Positions 27,899 to 37,349 are shown, counted from the stretch's first letter. The stretch is DNA of 64,000 nucleotides from Actinomycetota bacterium (GCA_046726435.1 JBKPAM010000008.1:2668-66667), one strand, 5' to 3'. The notes: generated by a model from the sequence alone, not told the origin. Numbers and translations are program-made.

Positions 27899-28315
27899 GT
27901 GACGGCCGCCGCCGCGCAGCGCCAGGTCGCCCTCGCCGGGATCGCGCTGCTGGCGGGAATCGGTGCGCTCGCGCTCAGCTCGCGAGGAAACGGCCAGCCC
28001 ACCGCCCGCATCCCACAGCCGGTGTCCGCAGCGGGCGGGTGGTACTCGGCGCTCGCCGGCCCGGAGCAACCACGGTACGGGAGCCGAACGCGCTGCGGTT
28101 ACGTGCTGCAGCCGGGCACCGTCGGGGTGAGGGACTCCGTTCTCCCGTGCGGGATCCTCGTCTACGTCGCGTACAAGGACAGCCCCGAGATCCTTACCCG
28201 CGTGATCGACCGCAGGCCGGTGCGCCCGGGCCGGAGATTCGACCTCACGCCGAAGCTCGCGGAGGAGCTCGGCGTCGACGGCGTGCAGCGCGTTCGCTGG
28301 GTCTTCGCGCGCTAG
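27899..28315 (+). CDS. RlpA-like double-psi beta-barrel (DPBB) domain protein
   Basis: TM anchor VALAGIALLAGIGALAL then GGWYS...LPCGILVYV...RVIDRRP..GRRFDLTPKLAEELG; start at GTG 27899 in track ORF 27794..28315. Confidence 0.6.
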   Translation: MTAAAAQRQVALAGIALLAGIGALALSSRGNGQPTARIPQPVSAAGGWYSALAGPEQPRYGSRTRCGYVLQPGTVGVRDSVLPCGILVYVAYKDSPEILTRVIDRRPVRPGRRFDLTPKLAEELGVDGVQRVRWVFAR

Positions 28316-28324
28316 AGTGAGCGT

Positions 28325-28475
28325 TTCGAGCCTGTGCGTGCTCGGGGCTTCTCTGTAGAACCAACACCAAGTGAGAGGGAGCTGTTGTCCGGCCGGGGCG
28401 CTTCGGCGCCGCGGGAGGCGCGGCACCCACCTGGCTAGACCAGGTTCACAACGGGCCCCGAGGCATCGGCAGGTT
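28325..28475 (+). ncRNA. structured intergenic RNA candidate (leader or sRNA); strand not resolved
   Basis: TAGAGT box at 28313-28318. Helix ctcggggc(28341-48)/gccccgag(28455-62). Internal hairpins include ggcgc-UUCG-gcgcc (28397-28410) and cctgg-ctaga-ccagg (28430-28444). Followed by a strong terminator hairpin. Confidence 0.35.
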
Positions 28476-28481
28476 GGAACG

Positions 28482-28512
28482 AACGGGGGGACCGCCAGTC
28501 GGTTCCCCCGTT
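28482..28512. terminator. 12-13 bp GC-rich hairpin, terminator-like on both strands
   Basis: aacggggggacc-gccagtc-ggttcccccgtt followed by tgcgttc. Confidence 0.6.
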
Positions 28513-28543
28513 TGCGTTCGGCGCGGGGTGTCTATCCCAGGGC

Positions 28544-28930
28544 ATGCCGTTACCGAGGCAGGTAGCCCACTTCAACCGCCGTGTGACCAATCGCGTCACG
28601 CGCCACGTGGCCGGGTGGATGCCGGGATTCGCGATCGTGATCCACGTTGGCCGTCGATCCGGCCGAGCCTACGAGACGCCTGTGAACGTGTTTCGCGACG
28701 ACGGCCGCTACGTGTTCGCGCTGACCTACGGCCCCGAGAGCGACTGGGTTCGCAACGTGTTGGCAGCCGGCGGCTGCCGGATCAGGACGCGCAGGAGGAC
28801 GATCGAGTTGCGCGATCCTCGGCGCTTCTCGGACCCGGGCCGGCAGGTCGTACCGCCACCTGCGAGGTGGATCCTGGGTCTCATCCACGTGGACCAGTTC
28901 CTCGCGCTCTCGCCGGCGAGTGAGGGCTGA
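28544..28930 (+). CDS. nitroreductase-family deazaflavin (F420)-dependent oxidoreductase (DDN-like)
   Basis: FNRRVTNRVTR..GRRSGRAYETPV..YGPESDWVRNVLAAGGC family pattern. Confidence 0.8.
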   Translation: MPLPRQVAHFNRRVTNRVTRHVAGWMPGFAIVIHVGRRSGRAYETPVNVFRDDGRYVFALTYGPESDWVRNVLAAGGCRIRTRRRTIELRDPRRFSDPGRQVVPPPARWILGLIHVDQFLALSPASEG

Positions 28931-29059
28931 TCCGCCTTGTGGATGCATTGGCACGAATTCGTTGCAGCGATGTGGCAATGCAAGATCTGACCCCGGGTTT
29001 GCCGCTCGGAGCAGACGCCCCCGTCACGGTGGGACCTTGCGATCGCTAGCCTGGGTCTC

Positions 29060-30358
29060 ATGGTCGAGGTTGTCGGCGACTCCTCGCGCGACGGCCGGTG
29101 GGTGCTCGTTCGGTTGGCGGTCGACGGCGGGCGGATCATCAGCGCGGAAGCCGAGGGGCTCGAGCGGCCGCTCGCCGGGCTGACGCTGCTCGAGGCGGCT
29201 GCCGTGGGCGGTGACGCGCTCGCGGTCGATGCGCTCGCGAACGCGCTCGGGCCCGTCTTCGGAGCCGCGCCGAAGAAGGGGCGCGTCGCCGTGGCGATGA
29301 GTGGCGGGGTGGACAGCGCGGTCGCGCTCCTGCGCGCGGGGCCCGATGCGATCGGCGTGACCCTTCGCCTCTGGCTCGACCCACGCGGTCCGGATGCCGA
29401 GCGGGCCTGCTGCTCGCCGGAGGCCGTGCTCGCAGCGCGGGCGACGTGCCATCGTCTCGGGCTCCCGCACGTGACCCTCGACCTGCGCGAGGAGTTCCGC
29501 CGCGCGGTGGTCGAGCCGTTCGTGCGCGGCTACGCCGAGGGCCTGACGCCGAACCCGTGCATCCGCTGCAACGGCAGCTTCCGCTTCGCCGAGCTGCTCG
29601 CGTTCGCCGAGCGCGCCGGGGCCTCGAGGCTCGCCACCGGCCACTACGCACGAATCGTCGAGCGCGACGGGCGGCTCCTGCTGGCCCGGGCGGCGGACGC
29701 GCGGAAGGACCAGTCGTACATGCTGGCGCGTCTCGACCTCCGCTTCCTGGAGCGCCTCTGGTTCCCGCTCGGCGAGCAGTCCAAGGAGGAGACGCGTGCC
29801 GAGGCCGCCCGCGCGGGGCTCGAAGTGGCCTCCCGCGCCGAGAGCCAGGAGGCCTGCTTTCTCGCCGGCGGCAACTACCGCGACTTCCTCGAGCGCCATG
29901 GGCTCGGCTCCCACGAAGGGCCGGTCGTGGACGAGAGCGGTAAGGAGCTCGGCCGACACGCCGGCTACTGGCGCTTCACCCCGGGCCAGCGGAAAGGGCT
30001 CGGCGTCGCGGCCGGCGAGCCGGTCTACGCGCTTCGAAGCGAGCCGCGCACGAACACCGTCGTGGTCGGGCCCCGAGCCGCGCTCGCCACCGGCGAGGTG
30101 ACGGCGCGCGGCCGGCTGCACGCTCCCGTCGCCAGGGCTCATGCGAAGCTGCGCTACCGCTCGCCGGCCGTGGCAGCCGACGTGACGCCCACCGAGAGCG
30201 GTTTCCACCTGCGGCTCGACGAGCCCGCGTACGGCGTGGCGCCCGGCCAGGCCGCGGTGCTCTACGACGGCGATGCCGTGGTCGGGGCGGGCACGATCCA
30301 GCCAAGTGCCTCCGAAACCTTCGAGGCGGCTCGCGCGTTTGAATCGGCGGGCGAATGA
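29060..30358 (+). CDS. mnmA: tRNA 2-thiouridine(34) synthase MnmA with ~75-aa N-terminal extension
   Basis: VAMSGGVDSAVA PP-loop, NPCIRCN, KDQSY; TAGCCT 7 nt upstream of the ATG. Confidence 0.9.
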   Translation: MVEVVGDSSRDGRWVLVRLAVDGGRIISAEAEGLERPLAGLTLLEAAAVGGDALAVDALANALGPVFGAAPKKGRVAVAMSGGVDSAVALLRAGPDAIGVTLRLWLDPRGPDAERACCSPEAVLAARATCHRLGLPHVTLDLREEFRRAVVEPFVRGYAEGLTPNPCIRCNGSFRFAELLAFAERAGASRLATGHYARIVERDGRLLLARAADARKDQSYMLARLDLRFLERLWFPLGEQSKEETRAEAARAGLEVASRAESQEACFLAGGNYRDFLERHGLGSHEGPVVDESGKELGRHAGYWRFTPGQRKGLGVAAGEPVYALRSEPRTNTVVVGPRAALATGEVTARGRLHAPVARAHAKLRYRSPAVAADVTPTESGFHLRLDEPAYGVAPGQAAVLYDGDAVVGAGTIQPSASETFEAARAFESAGE

Positions 30359-30735
30359 TCGGCGACCAGATCACGCTGACGATTCCGCGCGAAGAGCCGT
30401 TCCACGAGGTCGCGCATCTCGTGCTGGGCGGCGTCGCCGCGCGGCTCAACCTGACCTTCGAGAGCATCGACGACCTCGAGACTGCGCTCGAGGCGGTTCT
30501 CGAGCGCGCCTCCGAGGACGGCGAGGTGACCGTGGAGCTCGTGCTCGAGGAGGGCGCGATCGTCGCCCGTGTCGGACGGTTCTCGTCCGCCGGCCTGCGC
30601 GCCGAGCTGGAACGGGAAGCCGACGACGCCGTCACCCTGCGCCGGATCCTCGACACCGTCCTCGACGGCTACGAGCTCGACGGCGACGGCTGGCTCGAGC
30701 TGCGCAAGGACGTCGAGCATGCGAGCGCCACGTGA
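30355..30735 (+). CDS. RsbW/SpoIIAB-like anti-sigma factor-like protein; ATPase N-box not evident
   Basis: ITLTIPREEPFHEVAHLVLGGVAARLNLTFESIDDLETALEAV resembles the anti-sigma kinase N-terminal half; ATGA overlap with mnmA and GTGA overlap with the sigma gene. Confidence 0.55.
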   Translation: MIGDQITLTIPREEPFHEVAHLVLGGVAARLNLTFESIDDLETALEAVLERASEDGEVTVELVLEEGAIVARVGRFSSAGLRAELEREADDAVTLRRILDTVLDGYELDGDGWLELRKDVEHASAT

Positions 30736-31511
30736 CGCACGACAGCGACAAGGTCCTGCTCCACCGCTACCACGAGCAGGGCGACCTGGCTGCCCGCGAA
30801 CAGCTGATCGAGCAGTACATGTCGCTCGTGCGCTCGCTGGCCCGGCGCTACTCGTACCGGGGCGAGCAGCTCGAGGACCTCGTCCAGATCGGAGCCATCG
30901 GCCTGATCAAGGCGATCGATCGCTTCGACATCAACCGCGGTGTCGAGCTTACGACCTACGCGACGCCGAACATCATCGGCGAGATCAAGCGCCACTTCCG
31001 CGACCGCGGGTGGTCGGTGCGCGTCCCGCGCGGGCTCCAGGAGCTGAACATCCAGCTCTCTCGGCTGATCGAGGAGCTCACGGTCCAGCTGGGCCGCTCG
31101 CCGACGATCGCGGAGCTGGCAAAGGGGGCCGAGGTGAGCGAGGAAGAGGTGCTCGAGGCGCTCGAGAGCGGCCGCGCCTACAGCTCGCTTTCGCTCTCGG
31201 CGGGCTCGAGCAATGACGAGGACGGCGAGCTCGACCCGCTCGAGTCGCTGGGCACGGAGGAGCTCCAGTACGAGGTCTCCGAGGACCGGGCCGTGCTCGC
31301 TCCGGGCTTCCGCGTGCTGGACGAGCGCGAGCGGAAGATCCTGCACCTGCGGTTCTTCGAGGGCCTGACCCAGTCGCAGATCGCCCAGCAGGTCGGGATC
31401 TCCCAGATGCACGTTTCTCGGTTGATCCGGCGCTCGCTCGAGAAGATCCGCGACGAGATCGCAGGCGACGAGCTCGAGGAAGCGCAGCGCCGCGCTGCGA
31501 GCGGCCCCTAG
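30732..31511 (+). CDS. SigB/SigF-family (group 3) RNA polymerase sigma factor
   Basis: DLVQIGAIGLIKAIDRFD, TYATPNIIGEIKRHFRD, LTQSQIAQQVGISQMHVSRL. Confidence 0.9.
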   Translation: MTHDSDKVLLHRYHEQGDLAAREQLIEQYMSLVRSLARRYSYRGEQLEDLVQIGAIGLIKAIDRFDINRGVELTTYATPNIIGEIKRHFRDRGWSVRVPRGLQELNIQLSRLIEELTVQLGRSPTIAELAKGAEVSEEEVLEALESGRAYSSLSLSAGSSNDEDGELDPLESLGTEELQYEVSEDRAVLAPGFRVLDERERKILHLRFFEGLTQSQIAQQVGISQMHVSRLIRRSLEKIRDEIAGDELEEAQRRAASGP

Positions 31512-32824
31512 GCGGTCTGCTCCCAGATCCAGTCGGCCACCTGCGTGACGACGTCCGGGCCGCCGTCGGCGAGCACGTCGTGCCCGACTCCTTCCGGGCG
31601 GAGGAGCTCGACCTGCGAGACAGCGCTCGTGAAACGGGCCAGATCGTCCTCCGCCGCCCACGTCCCAGCGACCAGCAGCACCGGCAGCCCGCTCGCGGCC
31701 AGCTGCGCCCACGTCGTGGAGGGAAGCGCGAGAGCCGTCCCGTGCTCGATCGCTGCCACGACCCTCGGCGGGACGGTGACGGCGGCCGTCTCTCGCGCCT
31801 TGGCCTCGTTTCGTTCCACGTACGCCTCGTACGGCAGGAGCGGGTCGAACGGCGGGTCCCAGTAGCCCGCGTCGAGGACGACGAGCGCGGTCAGGCGGTC
31901 CGGGTGGCGCGCCGCGACGTGGCAGCCGACGTCGCCGCCCCACGAGTAGCCGACGAACGCAGCGCGCTCGATCGAAAGGGCGTCAAGCAGGGGCGGGACG
32001 AGATCGGCCAGCGCGTGAGGGTGGTACGCGGGCGGCTGCAGCTCCGGCGACTGCCCGAAGCCGGGCGCGTCGAGTGCGAGCACCCGAAATCCGCGGCTCG
32101 CGAGGAGCGGTCCTGCCTCGCCGAGGGCGAGGCTCCCCCGCGAGGCGAGGCCGACCCCGTGCCAGTAGAGGAGGGGGCGAGCGTCCGGCTCGCCCCAGCC
32201 GCGGACGAACACGCTTGTCCCGGCGGCGTCGAGCCGGTGTCCGTCGCTGAGAGCGGGCAGGACCTCCTCGCGTAGAGCACGAGGCACCACGACTCCGAGC
32301 CGTTGCTCGGCCTCGCTCGACGCGGAGAGGTAGGCGCCGACGGCCTCGTCGATCGTCGAGGGCTCGCCCACGACGCCGAGCGGCCCGAGCAGGAAGTCGT
32401 GCATCTTCGCCAGCTGGTCGCGCACGAGCTCCTCCGGGCCGCCGGCGCGTTTCGCCGCGAGCCAGAGGATCCAATCCCAGAAGTGCGCGTCCAGCGCGAC
32501 CAGCGTGTCGGCGCTCACCCGCCAGGGCGGCCGCTCGCGCATCGGCTCGCCGGGGAAGATGAGGTCGATCTTGGTCGGCCCGGGCAGCATCAGCATGTAG
32601 GTCGGTCGGTCGCCGAGCGGGTCCCACTGCTGCGCGAGTGGCTCCAACGGCGCCACCAGCTCGGGCAGTGCCTCCGCGAGCGCCGTGAAGTCGTCGGTCT
32701 GCACCGCAAAGTCCCAGTCCGAGAGCGGCGTCTCGGTGCCTGCTGCGCGAGATCCCGCCAGCTCGACGCGGCGAACCGACGGGTCTTGCCCGAGCAACTC
32801 GGGCACGCGGGTCACGAAATCCAC
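31508..32824 (-). CDS. fusion protein: N-terminal nucleotidyltransferase-like domain plus C-terminal alpha/beta hydrolase
   Basis: GSRAAGTETPLSDWDF (NTase GS..D.D pattern); later HGVG.., GYSWGG nucleophile elbow. Confidence 0.75.
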   Translation of the reverse strand: MDFVTRVPELLGQDPSVRRVELAGSRAAGTETPLSDWDFAVQTDDFTALAEALPELVAPLEPLAQQWDPLGDRPTYMLMLPGPTKIDLIFPGEPMRERPPWRVSADTLVALDAHFWDWILWLAAKRAGGPEELVRDQLAKMHDFLLGPLGVVGEPSTIDEAVGAYLSASSEAEQRLGVVVPRALREEVLPALSDGHRLDAAGTSVFVRGWGEPDARPLLYWHGVGLASRGSLALGEAGPLLASRGFRVLALDAPGFGQSPELQPPAYHPHALADLVPPLLDALSIERAAFVGYSWGGDVGCHVAARHPDRLTALVVLDAGYWDPPFDPLLPYEAYVERNEAKARETAAVTVPPRVVAAIEHGTALALPSTTWAQLAASGLPVLLVAGTWAAEDDLARFTSAVSQVELLRPEGVGHDVLADGGPDVVTQVADWIWEQTA

Positions 32825-32843
32825 CGCCCGTAGAATCTCAGCC

Positions 32844-35369
32844 GTGCAGACGACCGCCGAGCTACGCGCGGGCTACCGCGAGTTCTTCGAATCCAAGGGC
32901 CACACGTTCCGGCCCTCGGGCTCGCTGCTCCCGCGGGCCGACGACAGATCGACGCTCCTGGTCTCGGCGGGCATGCAGCCTCTGATGCCTTTCTTCCTCG
33001 GCTTCGAGGATCCGCCGGCGCCGCTGCTCACGACGGTGCAGAAGGTGTTCCGCACGCCGGACATCGACGAGGTCGGCCTGAACGCGAGGACGCTGACCTT
33101 CTTCGAGATGCTCGGCAACTTCTCGTTCGGTCAGTACTTCAAGGAGGGCGCGGTCGAGCTCGCCTGGGAGTTCATGTTCGACCGGATGAAGCTCGACAAG
33201 GACCGTCTCTGGGTCACGGTGTTCGCGGGCGATGCGGAGCTCGGGCTCGGCGAGGACGAGGTCGCGGTCGGAGCCTGGGAGAAGATCGGCATGCCGCCCG
33301 AGCGGATCGTGCGCCTGCCGCGCGCAGACAACTTCTGGTCGGTCGGCGGCCCGGGACCCTGCGGCCCGGACTCGGAGATGTTCTACGACTGGGGTAAAGA
33401 CGTCGGTTGCGGCCGCGCGGAGTGCGCCCCCGGCTGCGATTGCGAGCGCTTCCTCGAGTTCTGGAACCTCGTCTTCATGGAGTTCGAGCTGCACGCGGAC
33501 GGCTCGCTGACGCCCCTGCCGAAGCAGAACATCGACACCGGAATGGGCCTCGAGCGAGCGGCGCGGATACTCCAGCAGGTCGACTCGGTCTACGACACGG
33601 ACGGGTACCAGTCGATCATGGGCTGGATTGCGGAGCGGTCGGGCGTCGCGTACGGCGAGAGCGTCCAGGCGACGAAGGCGCACCGGATCCTCGCCGACCA
33701 CGGGCGCGGCATGACCTTCCTCGCCGCGGACGGCGTGACGCCGTCGAACGAGGGTCGCGGCTACGTGATGCGGCGCGTGATCCGGCGGGCGGTCCAGCAG
33801 GCCGGCCGGATCGGCCTCGAGCCTCCGTTTCTCGCGGGGCTCTCGCGGGTCGTGGTCGGACAGATGGACGAGGCGTACCCGGAGCTCGGCGAGAAACGCG
33901 ATGAGATCGAACGCGTGCTCACCGCGGAGGAGGAGCGCTTCTCCGAGACGCTGGCGCGCGGCCTGACGCTGTTCGAGGAGGCCGCGGCCGACGGCGAGAT
34001 CTCCGGCGAGGAGGCCTTCCGCCTGCACGACACGTACGGCTTCCCGCTCGAGCTGACGCAGGAACTCGCCCGCGAGCGCGGACTCCCCGTCGACGAGGAC
34101 GGCTTCCGCCAGCGGATGGAGGAGCAGCGCACACGCTCCCGCAAGGCGGTCCAGGAGGTCGAGGTGCGCGTCTCGGGCGACACGCGGAGCGAGTTCGTCG
34201 GCTACGAGAAGACCGAGGTGCTGACGGCGATCCTCGCCTACGAGGACCTGGGCGACGGCCGCTTCCAGGCGAAGCTCGAACAGTCGCCCTTCTACCCGGA
34301 GGGCGGTGGGCAGGTCACCGACGCAGGCTTCATCGAGAACGAGGAGACCGGCGCCCGCGCGGAGCTCGTAGCGGCGGCACGGCTTCCCGACGACGACCAG
34401 GTGCTGACCTTTGCGGGCGAGGGCTTCGAGGCGGGGATGCGCGTTCGGGCGGTCGTGCCTTGGCAGGTGCGGTTCCCCACGATGGCCAACCACACCGCGA
34501 CGCACCTGCTCCACAAGGCGCTGCAGGACGTGCTCGGTGACCACGCGCGCCAGGCGGGCTCGGCGGTGCGGCCGGACAAGCTCCGCTTCGACTTCACGCA
34601 TCCGCAGGCCGTGACAGGTGAGGAGCGTGCCGAGATCGAGCGGCGCGTGAACGAGGCCGTCTTCCAGAACCTGCCGGTGCGGGCGTACATCGTCCCGATC
34701 GAGGAGGCGCGGCGGCTCGGCGCGATGATGCTCTTCGGAGAGAAGTACGGGGACGAGGTGCGCGTGGTCGACATCGCGGGCTACTCGCGCGAGCTCTGCG
34801 GCGGCACGCACGTGCGGGCGACCGCGGAGATCGGGCCGTTCGTGATCACCTCCGAGAGCTCGGTCGGCTCCGGCACGCGAAGGATCGAGGCCGTCACCTC
34901 CGGCGAGGCGTACGCGCTGCTGCACGGGCGCGCGAAGGAGGCGGAGGAGCTCCGAGCCGAGCTCGAACGGGCGCGGCGCGAGGGCCCGCGGCGCGTGGAG
35001 AAGGTCGAGGTGCGGGTGGAGCCGCGCAGCGAGGAGGCGATCGGCGGCGTGAACGTGTTCGTCGGCCAAGCGGCCGGGGTGGACGCCGAGGTGTTGCTCG
35101 CAGAGTCCGACCGGATCAAGCAGGAGCGCGCGCCGGCGGCGGTCGTGCTCGGCGCGAGCGAGGACGGGCGGGTCCACCTGGTCGCGAACTTCGACCGCTC
35201 GCTGGAGGGCCGCCTCGATGCGGTCGCGGTGATCCGCGCCGCGGCGGCCGAGGTCGGCGGCGGCGGCGGTGGCCGCGCAACGATGGCCCGCGCAGGCGGC
35301 CGGAACCCGGAGAAGCTCGACGACGCGCTCGCGAAGGCGGAGGAGGCGCTGCGGCGCGCTCTCGCTTGA
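32844..35369 (+). CDS. alaS: alanine--tRNA ligase
   Basis: FFESKGH, FEMLGNFSFGQYFK, HTATHLLH, CGGTHV; GTG with TAGAAT 7 nt upstream. Confidence 0.95.
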   Translation: MQTTAELRAGYREFFESKGHTFRPSGSLLPRADDRSTLLVSAGMQPLMPFFLGFEDPPAPLLTTVQKVFRTPDIDEVGLNARTLTFFEMLGNFSFGQYFKEGAVELAWEFMFDRMKLDKDRLWVTVFAGDAELGLGEDEVAVGAWEKIGMPPERIVRLPRADNFWSVGGPGPCGPDSEMFYDWGKDVGCGRAECAPGCDCERFLEFWNLVFMEFELHADGSLTPLPKQNIDTGMGLERAARILQQVDSVYDTDGYQSIMGWIAERSGVAYGESVQATKAHRILADHGRGMTFLAADGVTPSNEGRGYVMRRVIRRAVQQAGRIGLEPPFLAGLSRVVVGQMDEAYPELGEKRDEIERVLTAEEERFSETLARGLTLFEEAAADGEISGEEAFRLHDTYGFPLELTQELARERGLPVDEDGFRQRMEEQRTRSRKAVQEVEVRVSGDTRSEFVGYEKTEVLTAILAYEDLGDGRFQAKLEQSPFYPEGGGQVTDAGFIENEETGARAELVAAARLPDDDQVLTFAGEGFEAGMRVRAVVPWQVRFPTMANHTATHLLHKALQDVLGDHARQAGSAVRPDKLRFDFTHPQAVTGEERAEIERRVNEAVFQNLPVRAYIVPIEEARRLGAMMLFGEKYGDEVRVVDIAGYSRELCGGTHVRATAEIGPFVITSESSVGSGTRRIEAVTSGEAYALLHGRAKEAEELRAELERARREGPRRVEKVEVRVEPRSEEAIGGVNVFVGQAAGVDAEVLLAESDRIKQERAPAAVVLGASEDGRVHLVANFDRSLEGRLDAVAVIRAAAAEVGGGGGGRATMARAGGRNPEKLDDALAKAEEALRRALA

Positions 35370-35764
35370 AAATTCTTGCGGTCGACTACGGCTCCGCGCG
35401 CACAGGTGTCGCGGTCTCCGACCCCACGGGCACGATCGCCAGGCCGCTGGGTGTCGTCTTGCGCGCGGCGAGCGAAAACGGGCTCGAGCGGCTGGCGGCC
35501 CTGATCCGCGAAGAGGGCGCCGAGCGAGTGGTCGTCGGGCTGCCGCTGACCCTGCGCGGTGAGCACGGCGCCCAGGCTCAGGAGACCGACGCCTTCGTCG
35601 AGGCGCTGCGCGCAGCGGTCGACGTCCCGGTCGAGAGCTACGACGAGCGCTTCACCACCGGGCTCGCGGCTACCGCTGGCTCCGGCGATGCGCCCGAGGA
35701 CGCACGCGCAGCGGCCCATCTCCTCTCCAGCTACCTCGCGTGGTCGAGCAGCGCACGGGAGTGA
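35366..35764 (+). CDS. ruvX: Holliday junction resolvase RuvX (YqgF)
   Basis: ILAVDYGSARTGVAVSD; TTGA overlap with alaS. Confidence 0.9.
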   Translation: MKILAVDYGSARTGVAVSDPTGTIARPLGVVLRAASENGLERLAALIREEGAERVVVGLPLTLRGEHGAQAQETDAFVEALRAAVDVPVESYDERFTTGLAATAGSGDAPEDARAAAHLLSSYLAWSSSARE

Positions 35765-36660
35765 CGCCGCCGCGGCCGCGGCCGCCCCGGCGTCCGCCGA
35801 AGGCCGTCGTCTACCGCCGGCGCCTGGTCGCGGTCGGGGTGCTCGTCGCCGGCATCCTGATCGCCTGGTTCGCGTTCGCGAGCGTCCGCGGCAGCGACAA
35901 GGCCGCGCCGCCGCCGCCGCCGAAGACGCAGGCGGGCCCGCCGAAACCGCTCCGGATCGTCTTTCCCGAGGGGTTCACGCGGAGGAAGATGGCCGAGCGG
36001 GTGACGGCGGTGGCGGGGATCGCCCGGCGCGAGCGCGGCAAGCAGGTGAGGCTTCGGGCGAGCACCTATCTCGCCGCGAGCGTGAAGCCCAGGCCTCAGC
36101 CCGGCTTCGGCTCCCGCCGGTTCCCGCTGGAAGGCTTCCTCTTCCCGGCGACCTACGACTTCACGCCGCGCACGACCTCGGCACAGCTCGTGGACGCGCA
36201 GCTCCAGGCCTTCAAGCGCAACTGGGCGAAGCTCGACCTCCGGTATGCCCGCTCGAAGAACCTGACGCCGTACGACGTCCTCACCATCGCCTCGATGATC
36301 GAGAAGGAGGCGGCCGCGCCGGAGGAACGCCGGCTCGTGTCCGCCGTGATCTACAACCGCCTCCACGAGCGGATGGCGCTCGGCATCGACGCCACACTGC
36401 GCTACGGGCTCGACATCCCGCCCACCGAGTCGATCCACCAGTCGCAGCTCGACAACCCGACGCCGTACAACACCGGCAAGCACACCGGCCTGCCGCCGAC
36501 CCCGATCGCCAGCCCGGGCCTGGCCTCGCTGCAGGCCGCCGCGCACCCGGCGAAGGTGGACTACCTCTACTTCGTGCGCAAGCCGGACAAGAAGCACCAC
36601 TTCTTCACCTCGAGCTTCGCCGCATTCGAGCGCTACAAGGCCGCCCACGGCTACCGATGA
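35761..36660 (+). CDS. mltG: endolytic transglycosylase MltG (YceG)
   Basis: ASMIEKEA, YNTGKHTGLPPTPIASPG; GTGA overlap with ruvX (alternative start 35740). Confidence 0.9.
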   Translation: MTPPRPRPPRRPPKAVVYRRRLVAVGVLVAGILIAWFAFASVRGSDKAAPPPPPKTQAGPPKPLRIVFPEGFTRRKMAERVTAVAGIARRERGKQVRLRASTYLAASVKPRPQPGFGSRRFPLEGFLFPATYDFTPRTTSAQLVDAQLQAFKRNWAKLDLRYARSKNLTPYDVLTIASMIEKEAAAPEERRLVSAVIYNRLHERMALGIDATLRYGLDIPPTESIHQSQLDNPTPYNTGKHTGLPPTPIASPGLASLQAAAHPAKVDYLYFVRKPDKKHHFFTSSFAAFERYKAAHGYR

Positions 36661-37349
36661 CGCGCGTCGCGCTGCTCGGCCTGCCGGTGGCGGAGTCGCT
36701 GTCGCCGCGGATGCAAAACGCCGCCTTCGCGGCGCGCGGTCTGGACTGGGAGTACACGGCGCTCGAGGTCGAGCCGGCGGGGCTGGCGGACGCGGTGAGC
36801 GGCCTCGACGCCGACGGCTACGCGGGAGCGAACGTGACGATTCCGCACAAGCAGGCGGTCGTCGCGCTCTGCGACGAGGCGGAGGGGGAGTCGGTGAACA
36901 CGCTCGTGCTGCGCGGCGGGCGCGTGGTCGGGCTCAACACGGACAAGGAGATCGTCGCCGGGATCGAGGCCGAGCGCACGTGTCTGATCGGGGCCGGTGG
37001 AGCCGCGAAGGCGTTGCTGCCGGCCCTCGCGGGGGAGGTGCGTGTCTTCTCGCGGAGCGGGGACTGGCCCCCCGACGCGGCCGGCTGCGAACTGGTCGTG
37101 AACGCGACGCCGGTGTGGGACGAGCTGCTCGTCGTGCCGCGTGCGGAGCAGGCGGTCGTCGACCTGGCGTACCGCTCGGACGGGCGGCCCACCGCGCTCG
37201 TGGCCGCGGCTCGCGCGGCGCGCTGCAGGCTCGTGGTCGACGGGCTCGAGGCGCTCGTGCGGCAGGGCGCGGCCTCGTTCGAGCTCTGGACGGGGCTCCC
37301 GGCGCCTGTTGAGGAGATGCGGCGCGCCCTAGGCTTAGGAGCGGTTTGA
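36657..37349 (+). CDS. aroE: shikimate dehydrogenase
   Basis: SLSPRMQNAAF, NVTIPHK, NTD; ATGA overlap with mltG. Confidence 0.85.
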   Translation: MTRVALLGLPVAESLSPRMQNAAFAARGLDWEYTALEVEPAGLADAVSGLDADGYAGANVTIPHKQAVVALCDEAEGESVNTLVLRGGRVVGLNTDKEIVAGIEAERTCLIGAGGAAKALLPALAGEVRVFSRSGDWPPDAAGCELVVNATPVWDELLVVPRAEQAVVDLAYRSDGRPTALVAAARAARCRLVVDGLEALVRQGAASFELWTGLPAPVEEMRRALGLGAV

